64,000 nt of DNA from Patescibacteria group bacterium (GCA_028717685.1 JAQUNI010000001.1:143451-207450); one strand, 5' to 3'; counted from the first letter of the stretch, positions 38,158 through 50,393 are shown. Notes: generated by a model not told the origin, from the sequence alone. Translations and numbers: made by a program.

Positions 38158-39129
38158 TTAGTATCCCACCAGCCTGTGAATTTCTGCGGACCCAATCCCA
38201 GCACTCTTCATCACCATAATTTTGTGAATCAGCTTTGTCTCCTCTACCTTTACCTGCCAAAAAGCGAAGACCGGCTCAATGCCCAGAATTTTATTCTGCG
38301 CTTTTTCTAAAATTTCAAATAAAATTCGGCGCGCCGCGAGCTCCAAAGAAAGCAGCCCTTCTTTTTCCACCTGCTCTTCAAGATGTTTAAATTCTGCCTG
38401 CTCTGCGAAATCGTCAATGGACTTAACAAATTTATCTTCATTAGAAATTTTAAACCGCCGCAAGGGAATCAAACCGCCGGGAATAAAATCCGCTTCCTTC
38501 CCTCCCTCACCCCGAATACGAAAATAAATTTTCACATTAAACAAATCAATCTCTCGCCGCAGAAAATCCTTCAAAATCTTAGATTTAATTCGCGCAAGTT
38601 CCCTTATTAAAATCTCAATATATTTACGATCTAAAATCAAATCAATTTCTTGAGGATCTTGATTTTTTTCATAATTTTCAAAAACTTCACGAATCACCCC
38701 ATTCAGATTGTCAGGCAATTCTTTTTTTGTCCCTTCTAAAATCACCTCCCGTAATGTATCCAATTCAATCGTTCCCAAGTTGTTTAATTGCACATTTTCC
38801 CCCTGAAATTTGAGTTTTATTAATGATTTGAGATTAAGAAAATCATACTTGAGCCATAAAAACCGCAAATCCTTATCTCGTGAAAAAAGTTTTAAAATCA
38901 AATCTTTAACCCCCTCTAAACCCTCATTTAAAACAACATCAAAATCTTTAGGGCCTTTAATGTCTCCTAAATACTGACCATAGTGAGTCTCATTGAAAAC
39001 ATGCAAAGCCTCCTCGGCGTTCTTCGCTTCAATCATTCTCTCAAAATCATTTTGATCCAAAAATTCCGACTCCAAAGTCTTCAAATAAGAAACGAGGTAA
39101 GCATTGTGGGTATGGTTTTGAGGAAACAT
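38158..39129 (-). CDS. ntpC: V/A-type ATPase subunit C (d/AC39 family)
   Basis: YDFLNLK, IDLILDR.Y, IDLFNVK; operon position. Confidence 0.88.
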   Translation of the reverse strand: MFPQNHTHNAYLVSYLKTLESEFLDQNDFERMIEAKNAEEALHVFNETHYGQYLGDIKGPKDFDVVLNEGLEGVKDLILKLFSRDKDLRFLWLKYDFLNLKSLIKLKFQGENVQLNNLGTIELDTLREVILEGTKKELPDNLNGVIREVFENYEKNQDPQEIDLILDRKYIEILIRELARIKSKILKDFLRREIDLFNVKIYFRIRGEGGKEADFIPGGLIPLRRFKISNEDKFVKSIDDFAEQAEFKHLEEQVEKEGLLSLELAARRILFEILEKAQNKILGIEPVFAFWQVKVEETKLIHKIMVMKSAGIGSAEIHRLVGY

Positions 39130-39137
39130 CTTCCTAT

Positions 39138-39213
39138 AACGTGTAACCTCTAAACTTGTAACGCAAGAGTCCTTCTTGAATTACAAGTTTCTGGTTTCAG
39201 ATTACACGCGTTA
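39138..39213. repeat. AAC(G/T)TGT-type heptamer inverted element
   Basis: AACGTGTAACCTCTAAACTTGTAAC ... TTACAAGTTTCTGGTTTCAGATTACACGCGTTA, ending at the subunit E stop. Confidence 0.65.
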
Positions 39214-39783
39214 CTGAAATAAAATCTTCGCTACTTCACTTTCTAATTCCTGCCGCTTTTCTGCCATCAGATGGTCAAAAATATAATCTTCTTCCATAAA
39301 ATCGCTGGCCGCGATAAAACCGCCTTGACCATTCACTATCTTACTGGATAGCTTAAAACTGGAATGCTTTGGCACTAATTTTGCCAAAACCGATTGACTA
39401 TTCGCAGTCGGGATAATTTTCACTTTTTCCCCGCCCAAATGCTTGCGGACGTTTTTCAAAAACATTTCTAAAAGCTTCTGTCGCGCCACAGGCTCTTGTT
39501 TAGTTAAAGATTCTAAAGCACGGCTAAAAACTTCATCAATTAATGCTTGCTTTTTGCGTAAAAGATTATTCTTTGCTTCCCAGATGGCTTGGATCCTCAT
39601 CTGCTCTCTCAAAGCCTCCTGTAAATGCTTCATCTCTGCGGTAAAAACGCGATATCGCTCTTGGATTCTCTGCTTCACCTCATCCCTCATCTTTTGCGCC
39701 TCTTCTTTGGCTCCGGCTAAAATTTGCTCGGCTTCTTTCGCGCCTTCCGCTAAAATTTTCTCTTTGATGATTTCTAAAGACAT
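39211..39783 (-). CDS. ntpE: V/A-type ATPase subunit E
   Basis: MSLEIIKEKI helical N-terminus, GGFI, EVAKILF. Confidence 0.88.
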   Translation of the reverse strand: MSLEIIKEKILAEGAKEAEQILAGAKEEAQKMRDEVKQRIQERYRVFTAEMKHLQEALREQMRIQAIWEAKNNLLRKKQALIDEVFSRALESLTKQEPVARQKLLEMFLKNVRKHLGGEKVKIIPTANSQSVLAKLVPKHSSFKLSSKIVNGQGGFIAASDFMEEDYIFDHLMAEKRQELESEVAKILFQ

Positions 39784-39900
39784 CAAAATCCATTGCTTCA
39801 TTGTTTCACCGTTTCATTGTTGAAAATCCGACAATGAAACAACCTCTCGCCTTTAACTAAAGATAAAAGAGTGAAAACAATGTAACAATAGCCTGTTACT

Positions 39901-40371
39901 TTATCCAATCTTAATCCCGTTTATCAGTAAGATTGTAGCCAGTAGTCCTAGAACCGCATAGGTTTCCACCATCGCCGCCATAATCACGCCCTTGCCTGCC
40001 GTAGATTCATCCTTCGTAATCATATGCAATCCGGCAACAGAAACGCGCGCCTGATAAATCGCCGAAATCAGACCACCTATGGCAACAGGAAGGCAGGACA
40101 AAAGTATTTGCCAGCCAATGGCAGTAGGAACTTCAAGGGGATTGCCAGCCAAAAGACCGACTTTTAAAAGCACCCAAAAACAACCCAAAAAACCATAAAT
40201 CCCCTGCGTAGCTGGCAATGCCTGAAGGAGTAAAACCTTACCAAAGATTTCACTCTTTTGACCGGTAACGCCTGCCCCGGCCTCTCCAGCCATACCTACC
40301 CCCAAAATAGAACCGATCCCTGCTAAAATAACCGAGGCTGCTGCTCCGATAATCGCAAGAACAAGACCCAT
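39901..40371 (-). CDS. ntpK: V/A-type ATPase proteolipid subunit K (4 TM)
   Basis: LQALPATQGIYG, SAIYQA, AAMVETYAVL. Confidence 0.95.
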   Translation of the reverse strand: MGLVLAIIGAAASVILAGIGSILGVGMAGEAGAGVTGQKSEIFGKVLLLQALPATQGIYGFLGCFWVLLKVGLLAGNPLEVPTAIGWQILLSCLPVAIGGLISAIYQARVSVAGLHMITKDESTAGKGVIMAAMVETYAVLGLLATILLINGIKIG

Positions 40372-40451
40372 AAATTTAGGACGAATTTATGTCGGGGAAA
40401 TTTATTTGTATTTAACTAATCTTCCCACATAAATCCGCTATTAAACTTTAT

Positions 40452-40592
40452 AAATTTCTAATTCCTAATTGACCTAATTAACCTAAACAATAACTAATGA
40501 TTAATGCCAAAATGTCTAAATATTTGGTCATTCTGAAATTGGTCATTGGACATTATTTAGAATAATTAGAATAATTAGAACAATTAGGTTAA
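40452..40592. repeat. Family C element, second copy
   Basis: Reverse complement resembles 24091-24246; abuts the ntpI stop. Confidence 0.8.
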
Positions 40593-42541
40593 TTCCCCTT
40601 TATCTTCGTAAACCTATATTCCCTCTTGAGCGGCTTAAACATCCTCCCTCCGCCTTCCATAAACTTCGGAAAAAATTCCACGAACTGCAGACGCGCGGAA
40701 TGAATAAAGCCGCCTAAAATGTTAATCCCCATATTGAAAAGATGCCCGCCAATCAAAATCGGAATCATCACCAGCACGCCTACATAAGGAACCATATCGC
40801 GAAAAAGCAAAGCGATCACATTAATCACTAACCCGATAATACTGGTGGTTAAACCTAAAGCCAGAAGCCGTGAATATGACAAGATATCCGAAAGCATCCC
40901 TACGACTTTATAAAGCGACAAAAGACCGCTAGTAAACTTCAAAAAGATATTCTTTTTCTGATACCCTTGGGTCAAAACTAAAATTGCAGCGAAACCAATC
41001 ACGGTATAGCCCCCGATTTTAGCCAAAGATGGAAAAAATAATTTCGTGATTCCAAAAAAAATAATCGCCAAGATCGCCCACACCCAAATAAAATCCCCTA
41101 ATAGGGCTTCCTTAATCCTTTTTTTTGATAAAAGATATTTCACATTCACCATCCGCGCAAACCAAGATTGCAACAACCCAAATAACAAAGAAATAATCAT
41201 AATTTGCAAAGGACTTTTAATCGGATCAATAACCTGCAGGGAAAGAAGAAAATCGCGCAAGCTTGATGCTGGGAGATCTATTAAGCTGATGCTGAAATAG
41301 GCTCCGTAAAGCACCCCAACGATGATTGTGGTAATACTGCAATAAATCATTAATTTAAAAAGGCGCTTCACCCCCTCTGACAACTTCAAATATTTCACCG
41401 CTGCCACACTGGCAATCAAAAGGACAATGCCATAACCAGCATCGGAAAGGCACATCCCAAAAAATATCGCGAAAAAGAAGGATAAATAAGGGGTGGGGTC
41501 TAATTCATTATATTCTGGAAGGCCGTAGATTCGGGTTACGGATTCAAAGGGCTCCATAAGGTTTCTATTAGCCACAATCACTGGCACCCGTTCACCCTTT
41601 TCTTTCTCTGTCTTTTCTAAATAAACACCAGGAAATTTTGGAGGCAAAATTCGCTGTAATCTTTTAAAACCAAAGCTGGAAGTCCAGCCAGAAATAAAAC
41701 TCATATAGCGCGTATCTTCTATCCAACCTGTTGTATCTTTCACTTTCTTCTTATTCTGCCAGTAATCATAAACCATTTTGACCTTTCTTTCCTCGCGGCT
41801 TGCCCGCTTGATTTGCTTTAAGACATCTCTTTTTAATTTATGAATTTCTTCCAGCCTTTCTTCTATTTTTTGAATCTCCGCGGCGGGCGTATTCTCGCAA
41901 GGCAAAACAACAATGCTAAAACCCGTGCTTTGTAAATCGCGCAAAAAGGTCTCTTCATTTTTCTTGAGGTATGTGATCACCAGATAATAATCCTTGACCT
42001 CCTCTTTGACTTTGCGAATATTCACCTCGCCATCCACCACCTTTTTTAAATTGGATAAAGCTTGCGCCGGAAGAACACCCAAGATTGATTTGGTTCTTCC
42101 AGTTTCCAAATCCGCCCGCATCAAACCTAAAGTCTGCCACGGCCTTAAGATCTCCATTTTTTCTATCTGTTCTTTTTCCTCTATTTGCAACCTGACCAAA
42201 TCATTATCCCATTTTTTAAGATCATTCACTAACTTTGAATAATCAAAACTTCGGCAAATTTTTTCAAAATCCTGGTGGGAAAATTCTAGCGGACCAGCCA
42301 AAAATTTTTTGATTCCCGTTAGCGCCCCTTCTTTTTCTTTCACCACGCGCTCCTTAAAAAGATCCAAGACAAAATCCAATTCCGCAAGCAATAAATCAAT
42401 TTCGTGCTCACTAGATGGTTCTTCTTTTTTTGTCCGCACATCCACAACTTCCACATCTCCCCTTTCCTGCAAATAAGAAAGGAGCGCGCTCTTCTGGTGT
42501 TTACGAACCACGATATTAAATTTTTGCATCGGAATGATCAT
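40589..42541 (-). CDS. ntpI: V/A-type ATPase subunit I
   Basis: ELDPTP, FFGMCLSDAGYG, DILSYSRLLALG, HSARLQFVEFF. Confidence 0.95.
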   Translation of the reverse strand: MIIPMQKFNIVVRKHQKSALLSYLQERGDVEVVDVRTKKEEPSSEHEIDLLLAELDFVLDLFKERVVKEKEGALTGIKKFLAGPLEFSHQDFEKICRSFDYSKLVNDLKKWDNDLVRLQIEEKEQIEKMEILRPWQTLGLMRADLETGRTKSILGVLPAQALSNLKKVVDGEVNIRKVKEEVKDYYLVITYLKKNEETFLRDLQSTGFSIVVLPCENTPAAEIQKIEERLEEIHKLKRDVLKQIKRASREERKVKMVYDYWQNKKKVKDTTGWIEDTRYMSFISGWTSSFGFKRLQRILPPKFPGVYLEKTEKEKGERVPVIVANRNLMEPFESVTRIYGLPEYNELDPTPYLSFFFAIFFGMCLSDAGYGIVLLIASVAAVKYLKLSEGVKRLFKLMIYCSITTIIVGVLYGAYFSISLIDLPASSLRDFLLSLQVIDPIKSPLQIMIISLLFGLLQSWFARMVNVKYLLSKKRIKEALLGDFIWVWAILAIIFFGITKLFFPSLAKIGGYTVIGFAAILVLTQGYQKKNIFLKFTSGLLSLYKVVGMLSDILSYSRLLALGLTTSIIGLVINVIALLFRDMVPYVGVLVMIPILIGGHLFNMGINILGGFIHSARLQFVEFFPKFMEGGGRMFKPLKREYRFTKIKGN

Positions 42542-42593
42542 AAAATCTGATTAATTTAGGCCACGAAGATAGTTAAGCAAGAATTAAAATTCT

Positions 42594-42914
42594 CTAAATT
42601 TCGTTTAAAATTTTCTCTACTACAAAATCCGCCGCTGTTTCAGTTTTACCCTGCGCCTTCGCGGCGATACTTCCGACCTCCTTCTCATTATCTTCTAAAA
42701 TTTCTTTTTCTATCTTCTTTGCTTCTTCAGCCGCGGTTTTTAAAACCTGCTCTTTTTGTTTTAAAAAGTTTTCTTCTTCTCTCTTTATTGCTACTTCTGA
42801 CTCTAAGCGCCCCCTCTCTAAAATCTTTTCTTTTTCTTTGTGCGCCCTTTCTACTATTCTCTGCGCTTCGGCTTCTACTTTTTTAATTTCTTTCAAGGTT
42901 TGTGTTGACGACAT
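42594..42914 (-). CDS. V/A-type ATPase peripheral stalk subunit G/H
   Basis: Charged helical ~106 aa; first gene of the operon. Confidence 0.8.
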   Translation of the reverse strand: MSSTQTLKEIKKVEAEAQRIVERAHKEKEKILERGRLESEVAIKREEENFLKQKEQVLKTAAEEAKKIEKEILEDNEKEVGSIAAKAQGKTETAADFVVEKILNEI

Positions 42915-43054
42915 TGGTTTCAAAAATTAGCCAAAATAAAAAAATTCTTAAGAAAAAGACATTCAATGCCTAGTTTACTCTAAATTGCAGAAAAAGCAAG
43001 AGATAAATTGTGGATAATCTAAATAAAAAAACCGCCTTCTTATAAAAGGCGGGG

Positions 43055-43510
43055 TTAATCTCTGTATCGTGCCCGATCTGGGACTAATTGAACTAGGCAT
43101 CCTGGAATTTCCCAAAAATTCCTTTTGCTAGCATATCCCGCGTCAAAAGCATCAATTAAGATATGGAAGCAATAAGCAATAATTGGCCAGAAGCTATGGG
43201 TCAAGAACCATGCGCCCAGTATGATAAGCGTAGCCATTGGCCAAGTGTGAAAGAGATTCGCTTTTTTACCCTCGCTCTTAATCCAAGCTTGCCTAAAAGG
43301 AATTTTATCTTGCTTGCGAATCCTTAATGCTATTTTCACTCGTTTCCAGTGGAAAAGATGATCCACGTCCACCAGAACGCCTAGGCAAAAAATAATTGTC
43401 ACAACCCGTGCAGAGTGCCATCCGAAACTTAAAGTCGTTGCCAAATTGTTTAACCAATAAGCCACAAAAACGAAAGTAGTACCTACTATATGTGTTCTCG
43501 AGCTAGCCAT
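43055..43510 (-). CDS. Membrane-bound metal-dependent hydrolase (YdjM-like)
   Basis: TH...DVDH...FHT...HILIDAF; GGAGG RBS before ATG at 43510. Confidence 0.7.
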   Translation of the reverse strand: MASSRTHIVGTTFVFVAYWLNNLATTLSFGWHSARVVTIIFCLGVLVDVDHLFHWKRVKIALRIRKQDKIPFRQAWIKSEGKKANLFHTWPMATLIILGAWFLTHSFWPIIAYCFHILIDAFDAGYASKRNFWEIPGCLVQLVPDRARYRD

Positions 43511-43743
43511 TTCATAACCTCCTTCACTATTCTGAACAACAAGAAAACGCGCCATACCATACCATGATTAAAGTACTATTATCTAAAGAGCAATATTTTA
43601 TTTAACCATAAAATCAAAAATAAATCAAGAGTTTGCAACTAATAATTTACTTGCTATCCTAAACATTACAATCTAATATAGAATTGGAGGGAAACGATCT
43701 TTTCAAAATTACGCTACCCCTTACAAGGGATGGGAGGAAATCT

Positions 43744-44979
43744 ATGCCAGACAAGTATAGAACAGAAATTATTGATCCGGGCGACCAAGCTTCACATCTT
43801 GCCCACGAAGTCTGCGTCCAAAGCTACTCTAATTGTCCAGCGGTCATTATTATTCCGCACCAACCGGGGAATTTTCGCGGACCAGTCGGTTTTCTTTGGA
43901 AGCCGCACATCCTGGAAGCGATGGCGAGAAACAGGGTTGATCCCCAAAGCGAGGCATTAACCCATTGGGAAATGCTCCAAGAGGTGGAAAATGACGGCGC
44001 TGGCGGCAAACCCCAATTTTTCACGCTGCTGGGAATACCTGAATTCTTTCAACGTCTGGGCTTCGAGATTATCACAATGACTGCCGATGATTTCGCCCGC
44101 TCTGGAAGATTTCCCGCAGTGATGGTGAATGAAATAAACGCGAAAAGGATTACCGCGGAAAACTTCCCTCTCTTTAAAGCCACAATGGAAGGATACGGCG
44201 AGGCGCTGAAACAATCTGGACTTGTGAATATCACCGGCGAAATTGCTATAATGAAACACAGCATCACTGCTTTCTGCGACACGAGATCTTCAGCAGAATT
44301 TATTCTCACTTGGGGAGGCACTTGTATCGGCTTAGCCCACCGTGATCTCTTGACTGATGGGTCGGAAATCAAGCCCGGAATGCCGATTGTCGGATTCTGG
44401 GAGCCGGGCTACCGTTGCAACGGCGGCACATTCTTCACCAACTTAATCCTAAAAAAATTCGGACCGGAGATACAAAGAATCAAAGATAATCCGCGAGCTC
44501 TGGACTTTATCGCCAATTTAACCATACCTTCCAGAAGTTACGCCCGCACTATTACACGTATCGCGGGCTGGTATCCGGACGGAAGTATCGGCAAGCCGCT
44601 AGCTAAGATTTACGGCATTGCCCATATCACCGGCGGCGGGGTCTGGAAAAAATTTGGCGAGTTGCTGCCCGAAGGCGTTGGAGCGAATCTTGACTCTATG
44701 CCCGAACCTGCCGAGGTTTTAAGACAAGGTCAGGAACTTTCTTGGGATCTTCCGGATTTAAGACTCACGGACAGACAAGCCTATGGCACGCTCCACGGCG
44801 GTTGCGGTATGCTTATTATATGCGCAAAAAATGACGCGGAAAAAATTATCGCGGAGGCAAAAAAAGATATAATCCGCGCAGAAGTGGTTGGCGAAACAAC
44901 AATATCGCCGGACAGAGAGGTAATTATTCACTCACGTTTCAAGGAAGGCGGAATCCTTTCTTCAAAAGATCGGGAATAA
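43744..44979 (+). CDS. Divergent PurM/AIR synthase-like protein
   Basis: NDGAGGK, ITGEIA, GYRCNG.T, AHITGGG, HGGCGM; GGGAGG RBS before ATG at 43744. Confidence 0.75.
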   Translation: MPDKYRTEIIDPGDQASHLAHEVCVQSYSNCPAVIIIPHQPGNFRGPVGFLWKPHILEAMARNRVDPQSEALTHWEMLQEVENDGAGGKPQFFTLLGIPEFFQRLGFEIITMTADDFARSGRFPAVMVNEINAKRITAENFPLFKATMEGYGEALKQSGLVNITGEIAIMKHSITAFCDTRSSAEFILTWGGTCIGLAHRDLLTDGSEIKPGMPIVGFWEPGYRCNGGTFFTNLILKKFGPEIQRIKDNPRALDFIANLTIPSRSYARTITRIAGWYPDGSIGKPLAKIYGIAHITGGGVWKKFGELLPEGVGANLDSMPEPAEVLRQGQELSWDLPDLRLTDRQAYGTLHGGCGMLIICAKNDAEKIIAEAKKDIIRAEVVGETTISPDREVIIHSRFKEGGILSSKDRE

Positions 44980-44991
44980 AAAACACTATAT

Positions 44992-45020
44992 AGGAAGAGT
45001 TTAATTCTCTTCCTTTTTTT
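44992..45020 (+). terminator. Intrinsic terminator
   Basis: AGGAAGAG-TTTAATT-CTCTTCCT followed by a T-run. Confidence 0.7.
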
Positions 45021-45294
45021 GTAGAAATATAAATGGCATTACAAAAAATTGTCTTTAACATAAAAGGCTTGCTCGAAATAGCAAGCCAGCTAAAAAAATA
45101 CTATCTCCTAATATCTAGGTTATGTCTTTTTTACAGGTTCTCTTTTTATTTCAGGACAGGGCCATTTCCCGCAATACAAACCGCCAATTAAATCTTGATC
45201 TTCAGTATGAATAAAACTCAAAACTACAATTTAAAAAATTTTCATTTTAAATCATAGTTTTGAATTTGCAATTTGAGTTTTGAATTTTCAATAG

Positions 45295-45368
45295 TGCGCG
45301 CGGAGGGAATCGAACCCCCGACCGTCTCCTTAAAAGGGAGCTGCTCTACCTAACTGAGCTACGCGCGC
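45295..45368 (-). tRNA. tRNA-Lys(UUU), CCA not encoded
   Basis: GCGCGCGTAGCTCAGTTAGGTAGAGCAGCTCC-CTTTTAA-GGAGACGGTCGGGGGTTCGATTCCCTCCGCGCGCA. Confidence 0.95.
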
Positions 45369-45411
45369 TCGCAACGAAAAAACAAATATAAAAAATGATT
45401 TTGACTTCCCG

Positions 45412-45440
45412 ATTATATACAAAAAATCCCCCCTTGTCAA
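45412..45440 (-). promoter_or_regulatory. Consensus sigma70 promoter for tRNA-Lys
   Basis: Minus strand TTGACA-N17-TATAAT. Confidence 0.85.
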
Positions 45441-45469
45441 AACTTTTGCATTTAAAAAGGAAGGAGGAC

Positions 45470-45979
45470 TTAGTCTTTTTCTCTACGCCAAAGGATAAAA
45501 CCCGAAATCAACATCAAGACTGCCGGCGCTAAAAACCACCACATCCGATAGTCAATAATATAAGATGAGAGACGAGAAAAAGTTAAAATTTGAATCTCTA
45601 ATTCTGAATTTAAGAATAAACTTAAAATGGATAAAAGCATCGCGGCAAGCAAAAAACCGTAAATGCCAGACATCACTAAATTGACCATTCCCTTTTTGCC
45701 GGAACTTGCGGCTAAATATTCCGCCCAAAGTGCCAACAGAACCATTATTACTAAAAACAAGCCTATTTTGAGTGCGGGAGATGCCCAAATCCCGTAACTT
45801 TCAATATTCAAAACATTATTCAAACAGCTGACAACTTTATTCCCGACCTCATTCACTACCACGAAACTAATGTAACTGGAAACAAAAAGCACCACGATTT
45901 GCCCTTTCCGGAAAATAAAACCATAACCAGCGCCGATCGCTAAAAATAAAATTAGTCCAAAATCCCAAGTAGAAAACAT
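45470..45979 (-). CDS. CvpA-like membrane protein
   Basis: D...L...G..YG...G start; 4-5 TM segments. Confidence 0.6.
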   Translation of the reverse strand: MFSTWDFGLILFLAIGAGYGFIFRKGQIVVLFVSSYISFVVVNEVGNKVVSCLNNVLNIESYGIWASPALKIGLFLVIMVLLALWAEYLAASSGKKGMVNLVMSGIYGFLLAAMLLSILSLFLNSELEIQILTFSRLSSYIIDYRMWWFLAPAVLMLISGFILWRREKD

Positions 45980-46098
45980 AAGTTTTTTTGCCCGCAGAAT
46001 AATAGAAGGCGGACCTGCCCACCGAAGCTGAATAGTAGCACCGGTGGGTTTTTGTTTTTATTTGAATTTAATCAACCTTTTAGTATTATACCACTTTT

Positions 46099-47247
46099 TT
46101 AGAAAAAATTCCAAAATCCCTTATCTTTATCCACATTCGCCGTTTCGCCTCCCTCGTTCTCCAGTTCTCTAAGGAGCGCTCTTTCCCGCCGCGAAAGATG
46201 CCTCGGCACAATTACGTTAACCTTAACCAATTGATCGCCGCGGCCACGACCGCCAAGATGAGGAATGCCTTTTTCGGAAAGCTTAAAGATCTTGCCCGAT
46301 TGGGTTCCCGCTGGAATTTTTAATTTCACCGCGCCATCATAGGTCTTAACCCTCACTTCCCCGCCTAAAGCGGCTTGAGTAAAAGAAATATTTAAGGCGG
46401 TTAAAACATCGTCTCTTTGACGCTCAAAATAACTAGAAGGTTTAATATGAATATTTAAATAAAGATCGCCGGAAGCCGCGCCGCGCACCCCCGCCTCGCC
46501 TTTGCCTTCCACCTTAATTGTTTCGCTGTCGCGCACTCCCGCTGGTATCTCCACAACAATCCTCTCCTCATCCACCACCCGACCCGTGCCCGAGCAGCGC
46601 GCGCAGGGATGATTCACTTTTTTTCCTTCCCCTCCACATTCAGGGCAGGGAGACACTTGGGAAAAATTCCCCAAGAAAGTCTGCCGCGTAATCCTCACCT
46701 GCCCCGTTCCTTTACAACGGGGACATTCTGTAACCTTGCTCCCCGGCTCTGCGCCGCGACCGTGGCAACGGCTGCATACTACCTCTTTGCGCAAGCGCAT
46801 TGTCTCCCGCGAGCCCGTAAAGACTTTTCCAAAATCTAATTCCAAATCCGCTTGAATGTCCGCGCCGCGCCCTCCCTGCCTCTCGCGCCGGCGGCTCCCG
46901 CCAAAACCGAACATATCCGAAAAGATATCGCCTAAATCAAAATCTGCAAAATTCGCGTTAGAACCTTGGCTACGAAAATTATTAAAATCAAAGCCTGAAA
47001 AACCAGAAAAGCCAGCGCCTCCGCCCGAGGCTCCGGCTTCGCCAAAAGTAGTGCCGAATTGGTCATACTGGGCGCGCTTCTTCGGATTTCCCAAAACCTG
47101 ATAGGCTTCATTTAGTTCCTTAAACTTAGCCTCATTGCCTCCATCTTTATCCGGATGATGCTGGTGCGCCAATTTTCGAAAGGCTTTTTTAATTTCTTCT
47201 TGGGTGGCGCTTTTAGAAACGCCGAGAGTAGAATAGTAGTCTTTCAT
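46099..47247 (-). CDS. dnaJ: Chaperone DnaJ
   Basis: J domain with HPD, G/F region, four CxxCxGxG. Confidence 0.98.
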   Translation of the reverse strand: MKDYYSTLGVSKSATQEEIKKAFRKLAHQHHPDKDGGNEAKFKELNEAYQVLGNPKKRAQYDQFGTTFGEAGASGGGAGFSGFSGFDFNNFRSQGSNANFADFDLGDIFSDMFGFGGSRRRERQGGRGADIQADLELDFGKVFTGSRETMRLRKEVVCSRCHGRGAEPGSKVTECPRCKGTGQVRITRQTFLGNFSQVSPCPECGGEGKKVNHPCARCSGTGRVVDEERIVVEIPAGVRDSETIKVEGKGEAGVRGAASGDLYLNIHIKPSSYFERQRDDVLTALNISFTQAALGGEVRVKTYDGAVKLKIPAGTQSGKIFKLSEKGIPHLGGRGRGDQLVKVNVIVPRHLSRRERALLRELENEGGETANVDKDKGFWNFF

Positions 47248-47252
47248 AGTTT

Positions 47253-47349
47253 GTAATCAGTAATTGGTAATTAGTAACTAGTAATTCCGCAGACCAAATG
47301 TAGTTATCCCCAATTACTGATTACTGATTACTAGTTACTAATTACTAAT
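47253..47349. repeat. GTAATTA/TAATTAC heptamer inverted element
   Basis: GTAATCA-GTAATTG-GTAATTA-GTAACTA-GTAATT ... AATTACT-GATTACT-GATTACT-AGTTACT-AATTACT. Confidence 0.88.
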
Positions 47350-47760
47350 TCAAATCTCCAACAATTTCAATCCAATCTCCTCCGAATATTTTCTAGAAAT
47401 TTCAGCGTCCCATTTGCGCACGACGATTTCGCAAGTGGCGGCGACGCGGGCTTCTTTCAAATGTCCGCCGAAAACTTGCATCACGGCGTTCCCTAAAGCA
47501 ATATGGGCATGCAAACCCCCAGCCGTGATAGTCGCCACTAAATTAACAATCTCTAATGGTTCATTAAATTCTTTTTCACTATATTCTTTTTTATCCACAC
47601 GGTAATGGGCAAGCTTAGCATAATCCACCGCCCCTAAACCCCAAAGAATGCCGCTTGCTATTTTTTCTTTTTTTAAAAAATCTTCTACGGTCTTCACAAT
47701 TTCTTCTCCCCGCTCTAATCTCAAAAGATATTCATTTTTAAAAACCTTTTTAATCCTCAT
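47350..47760 (-). CDS. PPC/DUF296 domain protein
   Basis: RLERGEEI, GLGAV, HAHIAL, GGHL, TCEI. Confidence 0.88.
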   Translation of the reverse strand: MRIKKVFKNEYLLRLERGEEIVKTVEDFLKKEKIASGILWGLGAVDYAKLAHYRVDKKEYSEKEFNEPLEIVNLVATITAGGLHAHIALGNAVMQVFGGHLKEARVAATCEIVVRKWDAEISRKYSEEIGLKLLEI

Positions 47761-47809
47761 AAATATATATAAAGACAGAAACAGTTAAAATAAGAGGTGA
47801 AGCCCAAGT

Positions 47810-48094
47810 TCACCTCTCCTCCTCCTTCTTTTGGACCTCAAAAGAGCGCAAAATACCTACAGGGGCTAATCCAGATATTGCACCATTGACCTTTAGCTTG
47901 CCGTCTACTTCAGTCATTTCAAAACTAAATTCCTGGCCATTCTCTAAAGCTTTGAGGTCAAATTTGAGCTTCAAGTCCCTGGGGTCAACGATTTCCATAG
48001 TTCCGGTCAACCTTTGATTATCACGATCAATGGTGACCTCAAAAACCGTTCCTGCCTTTTCTTTCCTCACATTGATCTTTTCTCCACCAAACAT
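47810..48094 (-). CDS. Hypothetical protein
   Basis: AGAGGTG RBS; 94 aa. Confidence 0.6.
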   Translation of the reverse strand: MFGGEKINVRKEKAGTVFEVTIDRDNQRLTGTMEIVDPRDLKLKFDLKALENGQEFSFEMTEVDGKLKVNGAISGLAPVGILRSFEVQKKEEER

Positions 48095-48428
48095 TCAAAT
48101 CACCTCTATTTTCTTTAATGGCCAGATTGTAGGATAAATAATTTTAAAATTAAAAATAGCCAATACCTCTCCATAACCAAAACCGCCCCACTAATCCCAT
48201 AACTTAATGGTTTTGGTTTTGGCAAGTACACCCCGCAAGATATTTTGTCCGCGGGGGCGAGGCCCATTTTCAAGAAGATTTTTTCATCTTCTCATTCCTT
48301 CTCGCTAATCTCTAGAGAATTAGCGAGAAGGTATACGAAAAGATAATCTTCCACTAAGTAAGGCAATAAAGAACGATTTACCCCATTAGAAATAAACCGG
48401 GATTAGGAACAAAGTTCTCTAACGGGGT

Positions 48429-50393
<1,965 letters not shown>

